Assembly (NCBI RefSeq): GCF_040182365.1 | Contig: NZ_CP144460.1 | Coordinates: 4,578,935-4,642,934 of the forward strand | Source of the DNA: Xanthomonas sp. 10-10 | GTDB lineage: Bacteria > Pseudomonadota > Gammaproteobacteria > Xanthomonadales > Xanthomonadaceae | Length of the DNA: 64,000 nucleotides | Reading direction: 5' to 3' | In this document: positions 31,440 to 40,964 of the stretch, in pieces | How positions within the stretch are numbered: position 1 is the first letter of the stretch | Layout: each line of letters opens with the position of its first letter | Notes under the pieces: generated by a model | Databases searched by the model: none | What the model saw: only the letters and a program-made list of their open reading frames with translations | Told to the model about the DNA's origin: nothing | Program-made: the position numbers and the translations under genes

Positions 31440-32561
31440 ATGTTCTGGAGCAAGAGGGTCGTGATCGGCGACGGCGAGCGCGGCCTGGTGTATCGGAATC
31501 GCCGGTTCGCGCGCGTGCTCGCGCCCGGCGTCTACCGCCTGTTCGACCCGCTGGGCCGTACCGAGGTCAGCGTCCACACCATCCACAGCGGCGAGGAGGT
31601 CGGCCGCGATGCCGACAGGCTGATCGACACGCTGGGCGCCGCATTGCCGCAGCACTTCGTGCTGGCGGACATCGGCAGCGCGCAGGTGGGCCTGCTGAGC
31701 CGCAACGGCAAGCTCGATCAGGTACTGCCACCGGGCACCCGCGCGCTGTACTGGCGCGGCGCAGCCACCATCGAGGTGCTGAGCCTGCCCTTGGCCGATG
31801 GCCTGCAGGTGCCGGGTGACGTGCAGCGACGCCTGCGTCAGCTCGGCACGTTGTCGCGCGTTGCCGTGTGCATGGACGTGCCCGCCGAGTCGCAGGGGCT
31901 GGTGTTCGTCGACGGCAGGCTGATGGCACCCTTCGGCCCCGGCGCCTACGCGTTCTGGAATTTCCAGAAGAACGTGGTCATCGAGGTGATCGACCTGCGT
32001 GTGCAGTCGGTCGAGGTCTCCGGCCAGGAACTGCTGACGCGCGACAAGGTATCGCTGCGGGTCAATCTGGCAGCGAGCATGCGCGTCACCGATGCCGTGG
32101 CGATGCGCACGCGCGTGGCGAAGGCGGGCGACTACCTGTACCGCCAATTGCAGTATGGGTTGCGCCGCGCCGTTGCGTCCAAGACGCTGGACGAATTGCT
32201 GGGCGACAAGGCATCGCTGGACGCGGATATCTTCGGCTATGTGCGTGGCAGCGTCGGTGGGTTCGGCATCGACGTGCTCGGCGTTGGCGTCAAGGACGTG
32301 ATCCTGCCCGGCGAAATGCGCGCAATCCTCAATGCAGTGGTGCAGGCGGAGAAGCAGGCGCAAGCCAATGTGATCCGTCGGCGTGAGGAAGCCAATGCCA
32401 CCCGCTCGTTGCTCAACACCGCCAAGCTGATCGAAGACAGCCCGGTACTGATGCGATTGAAGGAGCTGGAGGCGCTGGAAAAGGTCACCGAAAAGATCGA
32501 CAAGCTCACCGTGTTCGGCGGCCTGGATGGCGTGCTGAAGCAGTTGGTGACGCTCAGATAG
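31440..32561 (+). CDS. SPFH/band-7 (stomatin-prohibitin-flotillin-HflKC) domain protein with a C-terminal coiled coil
   Basis: The band-7 core reads VSLRVNLAASMRVTDAVAMRTRVAKAGDYLYRQL...AEKQAQANVIRRREEA. AAGGAGAAG SD is present. Confidence 0.75.
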   Translation: MFWSKRVVIGDGERGLVYRNRRFARVLAPGVYRLFDPLGRTEVSVHTIHSGEEVGRDADRLIDTLGAALPQHFVLADIGSAQVGLLSRNGKLDQVLPPGTRALYWRGAATIEVLSLPLADGLQVPGDVQRRLRQLGTLSRVAVCMDVPAESQGLVFVDGRLMAPFGPGAYAFWNFQKNVVIEVIDLRVQSVEVSGQELLTRDKVSLRVNLAASMRVTDAVAMRTRVAKAGDYLYRQLQYGLRRAVASKTLDELLGDKASLDADIFGYVRGSVGGFGIDVLGVGVKDVILPGEMRAILNAVVQAEKQAQANVIRRREEANATRSLLNTAKLIEDSPVLMRLKELEALEKVTEKIDKLTVFGGLDGVLKQLVTLR

Positions 32562-32618
32562 CCATGCGGGTGTGCGGCCAAGGGATTGGCCGCGCACCCG
32601 CGCAAAGGAATCAACACC

Positions 32619-33842
32619 ATGAGTACTTCACAACAGTTCGAATGGCTGCACGCCGAAGGCAGCACCACTCCGATCAAGGGCTGGGTGCGTGGCGTGCCGC
32701 TGGAAGAACAGGCGCATGCGCAGTTGCGCAATATCGCCGCAGTCCCGTTCGTCGGGCCGTGGGTGGCGGTGATGCCCGACGTGCACCTGGGCAAGGGCGC
32801 AACCGTGGGCTCGGTGATCCCGACCCGCGGCGCCATCATCCCGGCGGCAGTCGGCGTGGACATCGGCTGCGGCATGGCGGCAGTGCGTACCACGCTGCGC
32901 GCCAGCGACCTGCCCGACAATCTGGCGCAACTGCGCTCCAGCATCGAGCGTAGCGTGCCGGTGGGCAACGGCCGGGGTGGCGAGCATCGCAATCTGCCCG
33001 ACAGCATCGACACGCGGATCGCGCAATCGGGGCTGGTGCAGCGGCTGGAGGCGATCAAGCAGCAGCACCGGCGCATCCGTACCGACAAGCTGGCATGCCA
33101 GATCGGCACGCTGGGTGGCGGCAACCACTTCATCGAAATCTGTCTGGACGAGACCGACGCGGTGTGGGTGATGTTGCACAGCGGCTCGCGTGGCACCGGC
33201 AACCTGATCGGCACCTACTTCATCGAGCGGGCGCGCGAGCAACTGGCGCACCGCGTGCTGGGCTTTCATCTGCCCGACAAGGACCTGGCCTTTTTCATGC
33301 AGGGCGAGCGGTTGTTCGATGAGTACGTGGAAGCGGTGTCGTGGGCGCAGGATTACGCCCGCGAAAATCGTGAAGCGATGATGGCTCGGGTGTTGGCGGA
33401 GATGCGCCACCGCCTGCCGAAGTTCCAGCTGGAGAAGCTGGCGGTCAACTGCCACCACAACTATGTGCAAAAGGAGACGCACCATGGCGAGGAATTGCTG
33501 ATCACCCGCAAGGGCGCGGTAAGCGCCCGGACAGGCGAGCTGGGCATCATTCCCGGCAGCATGGGCACGCGCAGCTATATCGTGCGCGGGCTGGGCAACG
33601 CCGAGAGCTTCCACAGCTGCAGCCACGGCGCGGGACGGGTGATGAGCCGAACCGCAGCGCGTGCGCAGATCACCCTGGCCCAGCACCGCGAGGCAACCGC
33701 ACATGTGGAATGCCGCAAGGACGCGGCCGTGATCGACGAATCGCCTGCGGCATACAAGTCGATCGATGCGGTGATGGCTGCGCAGCAGGATCTTGTCGAG
33801 GTGCTGCACACGCTGCGCCAGGTGGTGTGTATCAAGGGGTGA
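32619..33842 (+). CDS. rtcB: RNA-splicing ligase RtcB (3'-phosphate/5'-OH RNA ligase)
   Basis: Metal and GTP-binding motifs are present: DIGCGM, HSGSRGTGN, NCHHNY and the His-nucleophile region HGAGR. AAGGAA SD is present. Confidence 0.9.
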   Translation: MSTSQQFEWLHAEGSTTPIKGWVRGVPLEEQAHAQLRNIAAVPFVGPWVAVMPDVHLGKGATVGSVIPTRGAIIPAAVGVDIGCGMAAVRTTLRASDLPDNLAQLRSSIERSVPVGNGRGGEHRNLPDSIDTRIAQSGLVQRLEAIKQQHRRIRTDKLACQIGTLGGGNHFIEICLDETDAVWVMLHSGSRGTGNLIGTYFIERAREQLAHRVLGFHLPDKDLAFFMQGERLFDEYVEAVSWAQDYARENREAMMARVLAEMRHRLPKFQLEKLAVNCHHNYVQKETHHGEELLITRKGAVSARTGELGIIPGSMGTRSYIVRGLGNAESFHSCSHGAGRVMSRTAARAQITLAQHREATAHVECRKDAAVIDESPAAYKSIDAVMAAQQDLVEVLHTLRQVVCIKG

Positions 33843-33848
33843 CCAAGG

Positions 33849-33873
33849 GCCGCAATAGCGGCCTTTGTTTCGC
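33849..33873 (+). terminator. Intrinsic terminator after rtcB
   Basis: GGGCCGCaataGCGGCC is followed by TTTGTTTCG. Confidence 0.75.
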
Positions 33874-34058
33874 GACACTGTGCGATGGCATCACTGCAGA
33901 ATGTCGGCGGCCTCATCCGCAAGCGCGCATGCACAGTTCAGGCATGTCGCGACGCCACTCACATCAAAGCACAAGCGTTTCACTCCCGCGCCGCCATGGT
34001 TGCGCCACATTCGCGGCCTGCCCTCGCAGGCTGCATCCATCAGGTAACCGGAGGCGGC

Positions 34059-34859
34059 ATGAGCAATCTCGACAAGCAGGAACGCAAGGCAGAAGCACAG
34101 GACTTGAACCGCGACCCGATCTCCGGTGCTCCCGGCTCGCATCCGGTTGGCGTGGGCGTGGGCGGCATCGCCGGGGGTGCGGCAGCTGGCGCATTGGCAG
34201 GAACGGTATTCGGCCCGCTCGGCACCTTGATCGGTGCAGCCGCCGGCGTCCTGGCAGGTGCTGCGGCAGGCAAGGGCGTGGCCGAACGCCTCGACCCGAC
34301 GGTGGAAACCGAATACTGGCGCCAGGAGCATCAGAACCGCCCGTACTACAAAGAAGGCACCGACTACGACCGCGACTACGCCACCGTCTACGGCTTCGGG
34401 CTGCAGGCACGCGAAACGCGCCCGACCAGCACCTGGGAAGAAACCGAGGCCACGTTGGCTGGCGAGTGGCCGCGCAATCGCGGCGAATCGCGTCTGGAAT
34501 GGGATGAAGCGCGCCTGGCCGCACGCGATGCATGGGAACGTGCCGATCGCACCCACAGCGTGTATCGCGATGGCGACACGCACTATGCCGGCCGTTTCGA
34601 CAGCGCCAGCTACCGCGACAGCGAATACTCGTATGACGACTATCGCCCCGCTTATCGCTATGGCATGCAGGCCCGTCAGCAGCATGCCGGCCGCCAGTGG
34701 GACGACCATCTGGAACGCGACCTGGGCGATGGCTGGGACCGCTTCAAGGCCGACTCGCGTCTGACTTGGGAAAAGGCCAAGCACGCCGTGCGTGAGGCCT
34801 TCGATTCGGATCATCATGGCGATGCGGCACGTCGCAACCCGACCGATCCGCGCGTGTAA
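34059..34859 (+). CDS. Hypothetical protein: an N-terminal glycine-zipper membrane segment plus a Trp/acidic repeat domain
   Basis: GGAGG lies before the ATG. The glycine-zipper stretch reads GVGVGGIAGGAAAGALAGTVFGPLGTLIGAAAGVLAGAAAG. The repeats are EYWRQE, STWEET, LEWDEA, DAWERA, RQWDDH, DGWDRF and LTWEKA. Confidence 0.6.
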   Translation: MSNLDKQERKAEAQDLNRDPISGAPGSHPVGVGVGGIAGGAAAGALAGTVFGPLGTLIGAAAGVLAGAAAGKGVAERLDPTVETEYWRQEHQNRPYYKEGTDYDRDYATVYGFGLQARETRPTSTWEETEATLAGEWPRNRGESRLEWDEARLAARDAWERADRTHSVYRDGDTHYAGRFDSASYRDSEYSYDDYRPAYRYGMQARQQHAGRQWDDHLERDLGDGWDRFKADSRLTWEKAKHAVREAFDSDHHGDAARRNPTDPRV

Positions 34860-34904
34860 TCCGAGCACACCGGCCGCGCCAAGCGCCAGTAACCAGGAAG
34901 AAAA

Positions 34905-34931
34905 CTGACGGGCCCGCGAGGGCCCGTTTGC
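34905..34931 (+). terminator. Intrinsic terminator after the glycine-zipper protein gene
   Basis: CGGGCCCgcgaGGGCCCG is followed by TTTGCG. Confidence 0.7.
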
Positions 34932-35084
34932 GTAGGGGGGTTGTTGTGGTCTGGCCGCGTACCGGCCGACGTGCAACGCCTGGGTATCGTCGCGCGGTAT
35001 CCCGTTGGGTTGCGGGATTTCCGCATGGCCAGTGGGTAAGCGACACACCGCGCTTACCTGTGCGGGGAGGCAACCCACAGCAGA

Positions 35085-35948
35085 TCAACCGGACGAGTTC
35101 TCCACCGCCCGGATATCGCCGCGAAACGCGAGTGAATCCTGTCCCGACCGCGTAGCGTCGCCCTGCTGCCTCAGCATCTGCTTGCGCGCGGCCACCACCT
35201 CCTTGGCCAGGGCAATCCGGCGGCCCACCACCATTTCGGTCAACCAATCGATCAACGCGCGGGTGTATTCCTGCTGATGCTCCTTGACGCTCAACGCATG
35301 GTCCGCGCCGGCAATCACGCGTGAGGTCAGCGAGCGCGCCTTGACGAAGGCATTGGCATAGTTACGCAGCACCGGATGCGGCACGATGACGTCGCTTTCG
35401 GCTTCGACGAGCAGTACGTCGCCGGTATAGGCAGCGCAGGCTGCCAGCGCGATGTTGTCGTCGGGCGTCAGCGCACGTTGGCGGTACGCGGTCAGATCCG
35501 GATCGGCATTGAGGCTGACTTTGGGCTGGTCCCAGTGCGCGTCCTTGTAGAGCGCTGGCGATCGCAATGCCAGCCACTCCACCGGGCGCTCGCGGGTCAG
35601 CAATGCCGACAGATAGCCGCCATAACTCAGGCCGACCACGGCAATCGACTGTTGATCCACGTACGCGAGCGCTGCCAGCTGATCGTAGGCGGCGATGATG
35701 TCTTGCAGGTTCTGCGCGCGGGTCACGGTCTGCCGCATCGAGGCATGGCCCTCGTGACCGCGCAGATCGAAGGTCATGCAGATACAGCCCAGACCCACCG
35801 CTTCGCGCGCGCGCACCAGGCTGTGATGCTGGCTGCCGCCCCAGCCATGGACGAACAGCACTGCCGGAATGCCGGTCGGCGTGAGCAAGGTGCCGCTGAG
35901 CGCGTCGTGATCGACCGGGATGTCGATGCTGGAAAGTTTTGCTTCCAT
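35085..35948 (-). CDS. Alpha/beta hydrolase (dienelactone hydrolase/esterase-like)
   Basis: [10 protein letters not shown] is present and GLSYGG is the nucleophile elbow. The start is taken at MEAKLSS, where the ATG overlaps the upstream TGA by 1 nt. Confidence 0.75.
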   Translation of the reverse strand: MEAKLSSIDIPVDHDALSGTLLTPTGIPAVLFVHGWGGSQHHSLVRAREAVGLGCICMTFDLRGHEGHASMRQTVTRAQNLQDIIAAYDQLAALAYVDQQSIAVVGLSYGGYLSALLTRERPVEWLALRSPALYKDAHWDQPKVSLNADPDLTAYRQRALTPDDNIALAACAAYTGDVLLVEAESDVIVPHPVLRNYANAFVKARSLTSRVIAGADHALSVKEHQQEYTRALIDWLTEMVVGRRIALAKEVVAARKQMLRQQGDATRSGQDSLAFRGDIRAVENSSG

Positions 35949-37054
35949 CAGTCGGTTGAGACCCTTCGGTATTTGTAGCGCGGACCGGCGCCGGGCTGGG
36001 TTGCACGGTAATACACCTGCGCATCGGCCGGTGGTTGACCCGCATAGATTTCGTGCGTGGATGCGCGCACCCAGTGCAGGTCGGGGTATTGCTGAAAACA
36101 GGCGATCGCCGCAAGCTCGGCCGGCGTCGCACCGCCAATCCGCCAGGATTGCTCCAGCACACCGCAGACAGCCACCGCAGATGCATCTTCGCCGCTGACC
36201 ACATCGTAATTGCGCCGCGAAATGTGCAAGCCGGCAGTGGCGGCAACGATGCAGCGATCGTAGCGGCATGCCTGTTCCACCACGCGCCGCTGCAACGGCG
36301 GCAATGCGGTGGCCAACAGCGCTTCCAACGATCCGCGATGGACATGCAACGACGATCCGCCGTAGACCTCATCGCCTTGCGCATTGCGCACACTGCATTG
36401 CGTGCCGTAATACGCGATCTGGATACCGGCCACGCACAGCTCGCCCACGCTATGGGTCACTGGCTGCAGGATGTTGCGCTCCAGGACGGCGCCGTGGGTG
36501 CGCAGGTAATCCTCCGGCAACGTGTCCAACGCCTGCAACAGCGCGCCGCTGTCGGCGATGCGCCATTGCCCATTGCCGCCCACGCCGGTGGGCAGCTTCA
36601 GACGCACCCCGCCGTCGGCCAGCAGCAGATCCAGCGCAAGCAGCGCGTCTTCGCGCGAAAACACGGTGTAGCCCGGCAACGTGGCCGGCATCAATGCAGT
36701 GGCCAGTGCCTGGTTCCAGCCGTGGATCTGCGCGGCTGTCTCGCCGATCAACGGGTGGCCGATGACCTTGGTGGCGACAAATGCGTACGGCACGATACCG
36801 CCCAACAGGTCGACCGCATCGTCAATGGCCAATGCGCGTGCCTGTTCCGTGGTCAAGGTATCGTCGGGCACATGCAAGATGCGATGCTCGGCGCCTTCTT
36901 CACACATCACCGGATCGCAGAGCCCGCCATCACGGGCACCTAGCAGGCGTGCAATGTCGCTGCACACCCAGGCATGCGTGACACGTTCGTGTCCATCCGC
37001 AGGCACCGCACGCAGGGTGTATCCACGCACCAACCCGTAAGGCGGATCTGCCAT
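35948..37054 (-). CDS. DUF3182-like protein (possible ATP-grasp-like fold), translationally coupled to the downstream hydrolase
   Basis: It is a ~370-aa conserved-looking protein ([16 protein letters not shown]). The start is uncertain: TTG at 37072, ATG at 37054, or GTG at 37057. The stop overlaps the hydrolase ATG. Confidence 0.6.
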   Translation of the reverse strand: MADPPYGLVRGYTLRAVPADGHERVTHAWVCSDIARLLGARDGGLCDPVMCEEGAEHRILHVPDDTLTTEQARALAIDDAVDLLGGIVPYAFVATKVIGHPLIGETAAQIHGWNQALATALMPATLPGYTVFSREDALLALDLLLADGGVRLKLPTGVGGNGQWRIADSGALLQALDTLPEDYLRTHGAVLERNILQPVTHSVGELCVAGIQIAYYGTQCSVRNAQGDEVYGGSSLHVHRGSLEALLATALPPLQRRVVEQACRYDRCIVAATAGLHISRRNYDVVSGEDASAVAVCGVLEQSWRIGGATPAELAAIACFQQYPDLHWVRASTHEIYAGQPPADAQVYYRATQPGAGPRYKYRRVSTD

Positions 37055-37142
37055 CACATCCCCTTGCGGCAAGGCCGCATCCCGGCGCCGATCCCGTGAC
37101 CGCCGGACGGCGCAGTGCGATGTTGCAGGTGCGCGTCTGCGC

Positions 37143-37307
37143 TTATTTCATGGCCAGATACAGGCCTACCACGATCAGCACCACCACGATCAGGCTGATG
37201 GCCATGCGCCCACCACGCAGCTCCAACAAGGCCTGCCACCACACGCGCGCTTCGGGTGTACCGCTGGCGTGGTGCGGCTTACGACGACTGCTTTCGCTCT
37301 CCTGCAT
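37143..37307 (-). CDS. Possible small membrane protein (54 aa)
   Basis: GGAGAG SD lies 10 nt before the ATG (MQESESS...). The C-terminal TM segment is MAISLIVVVLIVVGLYLAMK. Confidence 0.3.
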   Translation of the reverse strand: MQESESSRRKPHHASGTPEARVWWQALLELRGGRMAISLIVVVLIVVGLYLAMK

Positions 37308-37712
37308 CCTGTCTGCTCTCTCCATTACGTCATGGCATAGAGTAAGGATTAGACGTTACACAAGTGTGGAGCGGTTCAGAATCTTCCGTAAAATGCGGTA
37401 CTGCACGCCTGTTTTCTCGCGAGCACCGCACGCGCAGTGGCGGTCGACACGATAGCGACTGACACGCCGCATCCTGGCGCGCTGCAGCTGGCCGATCGCA
37501 TGTGCTGGCCTGTGCATCGCGTTTGCTCGGCTGCATTGAGACAGATCAAGCCAACGCGCCTGCATGCAACGCGTGTAGAAGCGCAGAAACAAGCTGACCA
37601 GTTAAGCGTCGCGTTGCGTGGGTGCAGGCCAATGGTCGGGTTCGATGATCATTCGTTGACATACCCGCAGTTACTCTGCGGGTCAAGTTTGTTTAACCCC
37701 GGAACGCCCCAA

Positions 37713-37997
37713 GTCATGAGCAGAGACCCCTCCGTCATCGATGTACAAGCCGAAATCGCGCATTGGCAGGCGCGGCATGCCCAGGGAAATCTGGGTGCAG
37801 GCAAGTTCAGCGAATTGTCTCCGGTGGTGAAGATGGCCTGCGATATCTATCTGCAGGCACCGCGTTCAAGCGACCAGGAACGTCTGCGTCTGTTTCGCGA
37901 CCGCCTTGAGCATCACTTCATTTCGTCCAGCACACAGTCCAACTACGAGCAGCTGGCAACCGATTGCTGGCAGCGCCTGGGTGCGCGCAACAGTTGA
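37713..37997 (+). CDS. Hypothetical protein (94 aa) in a lower-GC patch
   Basis: The ORF begins MSRDPSVIDVQAEIAHWQARHAQ. It is the first of two tandem small ORFs. The RBS is weak. Confidence 0.4.
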   Translation, partial: VMSRDPSVIDVQAEIAHWQARHAQGNLGAGKFSELSPVVKMACDIYLQAPRSSDQERLRLFRDRLEHHFISSSTQSNYEQLATDCWQRLGARNS

Positions 37998-38041
37998 GCA
38001 CATCCGTCGTACGCAAGACCCGTTACTCATTGGAGATCGTC

Positions 38042-38308
38042 ATGAAAACCTCGTATCAAGTGCAGCAGGAGCTGGAACGACTGGAGCGATTGGTGCCGCA
38101 CATCATCAGCGACCAGGGCGACCGCGCGGAGGAAATCCTTGGCTTCCATGTGGCCAGCCTGCTGGGCAGCGCCCCAGTCAGCGAGCACGCCATGATTCGC
38201 GAACGTACCGTGCGCATGGCACGCCAGTGCCGCACCGCGCAGGATGCGATCCGCACACCGATCAGATCCCTGGGCATGGCACCGGCCGCCCAGCCGCAGT
38301 GGGCCTGA
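38042..38308 (+). CDS. Hypothetical protein (88 aa)
   Basis: GGAGA SD is present. It begins MKTSYQVQQELERLERLVPHII and lies 44 nt after the previous ORF. Confidence 0.45.
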   Translation: MKTSYQVQQELERLERLVPHIISDQGDRAEEILGFHVASLLGSAPVSEHAMIRERTVRMARQCRTAQDAIRTPIRSLGMAPAAQPQWA

Positions 38309-38384
38309 TCAACGTCGTACCGGAGCCGCGTAGCGGCTCCTTTGCATTTCACCGTCGGCATTGCCGACTCACCCTGAGACATTC

Positions 38385-38978
38385 ATGAAATCCACTCTTG
38401 TTGCTGCATCGTTGCTGGCCATGTTGACCCTTACCGCCTGCGATCGCCCCGGTGGCGACGCATCGCGCACTGCACCGGCAGTATCGCCGGAGCCGACCGC
38501 CGCACCGGTGAGCGGGAGCGGAGCAACCGAACTGGCCAAGGGCGATGGCGGTGCGCTGGGCGTGCTGGCTGCGATCGACGAAAACGAGATTGCACTAGCC
38601 AAGCAGGCCGTCGAGCAAGACCTGGGCGGCGCTACCGGCGAGTTCGCCCAGCAGATGTTGCGCGACCACGAAGCCAACCTGGAGAAGACCAAGGCGCTGG
38701 GGGCAACAGACAGCGCGCGTGCGGATGCGATGCGCGCCAGGGGCAAGGCCGCTGTAGAAGCGCTGTCCAAGACGCTCACCCTGCCCGACGGCAAGGACGC
38801 GTACCGCAACGCCTTCATGCGCAACATGGTCATCGACCATGGCGACACCATCAAGATCATCGACGCCGAACTGCTGCCCGCCGCCGAAAGTGCGCCGGTC
38901 AAGCAGCACCTGGAAGAGACCCGTCGCGTGGTGTCGGCACATTTCGAACGCGCCCACGCGGTCTCGTCGTCGAAGTAA
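38385..38978 (+). CDS. DUF4142-family lipoprotein
   Basis: The lipobox is LTLTAC. The region with conserved His/Asp residues reads DHEANL...IDHGDTI. Confidence 0.65.
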   Translation: MKSTLVAASLLAMLTLTACDRPGGDASRTAPAVSPEPTAAPVSGSGATELAKGDGGALGVLAAIDENEIALAKQAVEQDLGGATGEFAQQMLRDHEANLEKTKALGATDSARADAMRARGKAAVEALSKTLTLPDGKDAYRNAFMRNMVIDHGDTIKIIDAELLPAAESAPVKQHLEETRRVVSAHFERAHAVSSSK

Positions 38979-39002
38979 GCGCACCGCCGCTGCACCCTGC
39001 AA

Positions 39003-39034
39003 CGCGCCGGCCTGTTCGGCGCGTTTGCGTTTTG
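39003..39034 (+). terminator. Intrinsic terminator after the DUF4142 gene
   Basis: GCGCCGgcctgttCGGCGC is followed by GTTTGCGTTTTGG. Confidence 0.7.
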
Positions 39035-39263
39035 GCCGTCGCAGTGCATCGAGCGCATTGCAGCGCGGCTGCATTCGCGGGCCCGACACGCTAGGTGCGG
39101 TTGCACGTCACCACCTTGGACGCCGCCGTCCCGAGCCATCTGCACGAAGACATCGGCCGCAGCATCGGTAAGGTTGCCTGCGTTCCGCGCGCCCGCTTCA
39201 CTTCACTGCGCCTGGGTCCGCCCTGGCCTATGGTGCCGCATCGACTCGACCCAGGATCCTCAC

Positions 39264-40151
39264 ATGCGTTTGCTCATCACCGGCGGCACCGGCTTCATCG
39301 GCCAGGCCTTGTGCCCCGCGCTGCTGCATGCCGGCCATCAGATCAGCGTGCTGACGCGGGACATCCGCCGGGCCAGCCGTACCCTGCCCGGCGTGACCGC
39401 CGTCGACACACTGAACGGGGTGCAGGCCGATGCCGTCATCAACCTGGCCGGCGAACCATTGGCCGCCGGACGCTGGACCGCCGCCCGCAAGCAACGTTTT
39501 CGCGATTCGCGGCTGGGCATCACCCGCCAACTGCACGACTGGATTGCGCAACAGCCAGCTGCGCAGCGGCCGTCGGTGCTGATCTCCGGCTCGGCGGTGG
39601 GCTATTACGGCGAGCGCGGCGACACCACCTTGACCGAAGCAGATGCCGCAGGCGATGACTTCTCGGCCGCGCTGTGCCGCGAATGGGAAGCGGAAGTCGC
39701 ACGCATCGGCGCGCTTGGCCCGCGCGTAAGCTGGGTGCGCACTGGTATCGTGCTGGACCGCAACGGCGGCGCGCTGGCACGCATGCTGCCGGCGTTTCGG
39801 CTGGGCGGCGGCGGGCCGTTCGGCAACGGCCGGCACTGGATGAGCTGGATCCACCGCGCCGACATGGTCGCGCTGCTGGTCTGGCTGCTGCAGCACGGCC
39901 AGCCCGGCGCCTACAACGCCACCGCGCCCAACCCGGTCAGCAATGCCGAGTTCGCGCGCACGCTGGCCAAGGCACTGCATCGCCCCGCGCTGCTGGCGCT
40001 GCCGGCCGGGCTGCTGCGGCTGGGATTCGGCGAGATGGCCGACCTGCTGCTGATCAGTCAACGCGTGCTGCCGCAGCGTGCGCTCGATGGCGGATTCCGC
40101 TTCCAGTACACGCAACTGGAGCCGGCGCTGCGCGCCATCCTGCAGCACTGA
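39264..40151 (+). CDS. TIGR01777-family NAD-dependent epimerase/dehydratase-like protein (YfcH/SDR39U1, DUF1731 C-terminus)
   Basis: MRLLITGGTGFIGQAL is followed by the C-terminal DUF1731-like region. Confidence 0.8.
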   Translation: MRLLITGGTGFIGQALCPALLHAGHQISVLTRDIRRASRTLPGVTAVDTLNGVQADAVINLAGEPLAAGRWTAARKQRFRDSRLGITRQLHDWIAQQPAAQRPSVLISGSAVGYYGERGDTTLTEADAAGDDFSAALCREWEAEVARIGALGPRVSWVRTGIVLDRNGGALARMLPAFRLGGGGPFGNGRHWMSWIHRADMVALLVWLLQHGQPGAYNATAPNPVSNAEFARTLAKALHRPALLALPAGLLRLGFGEMADLLLISQRVLPQRALDGGFRFQYTQLEPALRAILQH

Positions 40152-40298
40152 GCCGCCCGGCGAGCCCTGCGGTTCGGGCTCCTGGGCCGCCCATCGGGGA
40201 CGCAGCCGCGCCGGACGGGGCATGCACTAATATTTCCCTAACGCGCATCTTCGACAGTGCTGCGGATCTCGGATTGCCCGATGCCCAGCGGACCCCTT

Positions 40299-40964
40299 AT
40301 GCACCTGCTCCTCGTCGAAGACGACACCATGCTGGCCAATGCCATCTGCGACGGCGTACGCCAGCAGAGCTGGACCATCGACCATGTCGGCAGCGCCAAC
40401 GCGGCCAAGACCGCCCTGGTGGATCACCGCTACACCGCAGTGCTGCTGGATATCGGCCTGCCCGGCGAGTCCGGGCTGACGGTGATCCGCTTTTTGCGCA
40501 GCCACTACGACGCCACCCCGGTGATTGCGCTGACCGCACGCGGCCAGCTCACCGACCGCATCCGCGGCCTGGACGCCGGCGCCGACGATTACCTGGTCAA
40601 GCCCTTCCAGTTCGACGAGCTGATGGCGCGGCTGCGCGCGATCACCCGGCGCAGCCAGGGCCGCGTGGTACCGGTGCTCAGCCAGGGCGATGTCTGCGTG
40701 GATCCGAGCAGCCGCAAGGTCACCCGTGCAGGTACCTGGGTGGCATTGAGCGCGCATGAATATCGATTGCTGCTGGCATTGATGGAGCGTGCCGGGCGCG
40801 TGGTCACCAAGGATCAGCTGGAAGAAGGCGTGTATGGCGGCCCGTCGGAAGGCGGCAGCAACATGATTGCGGTGTATGTGCATCAGTTGCGGCGCAAGCT
40901 CGGCGATGAGCTGATCTCCACCGTCTACGGCCAGGGATACATGATCGGCAAGGCACCGGAATGA
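40299..40964 (+). CDS. OmpR-family response regulator
   Basis: The receiver domain reads LLVEDD...D. The winged-helix region reads LSAHEYRLLLALMERAGRVVTKDQL. The stop overlaps the HK start (ATGA). Confidence 0.85.
   Translation: MHLLLVEDDTMLANAICDGVRQQSWTIDHVGSANAAKTALVDHRYTAVLLDIGLPGESGLTVIRFLRSHYDATPVIALTARGQLTDRIRGLDAGADDYLVKPFQFDELMARLRAITRRSQGRVVPVLSQGDVCVDPSSRKVTRAGTWVALSAHEYRLLLALMERAGRVVTKDQLEEGVYGGPSEGGSNMIAVYVHQLRRKLGDELISTVYGQGYMIGKAPE

Noticed and set aside
31050-32597. 515-aa minus ORF
   Set aside because: It is antisense to the SPFH gene and is Arg/Ala-rich junk.
32628-33878. 416-aa minus ORF
   Set aside because: It is antisense to rtcB.
33891-35078. 395-aa minus ORF
   Set aside because: It is antisense to the glycine-zipper repeat protein gene. 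The plus frame has the SD, the terminator and repeat logic.
36035-36943. 302-aa plus ORF
   Set aside because: It is antisense to the DUF3182-like gene.
39228-40223. 331-aa minus ORF
   Set aside because: It is antisense to the TIGR01777 epimerase-family gene.
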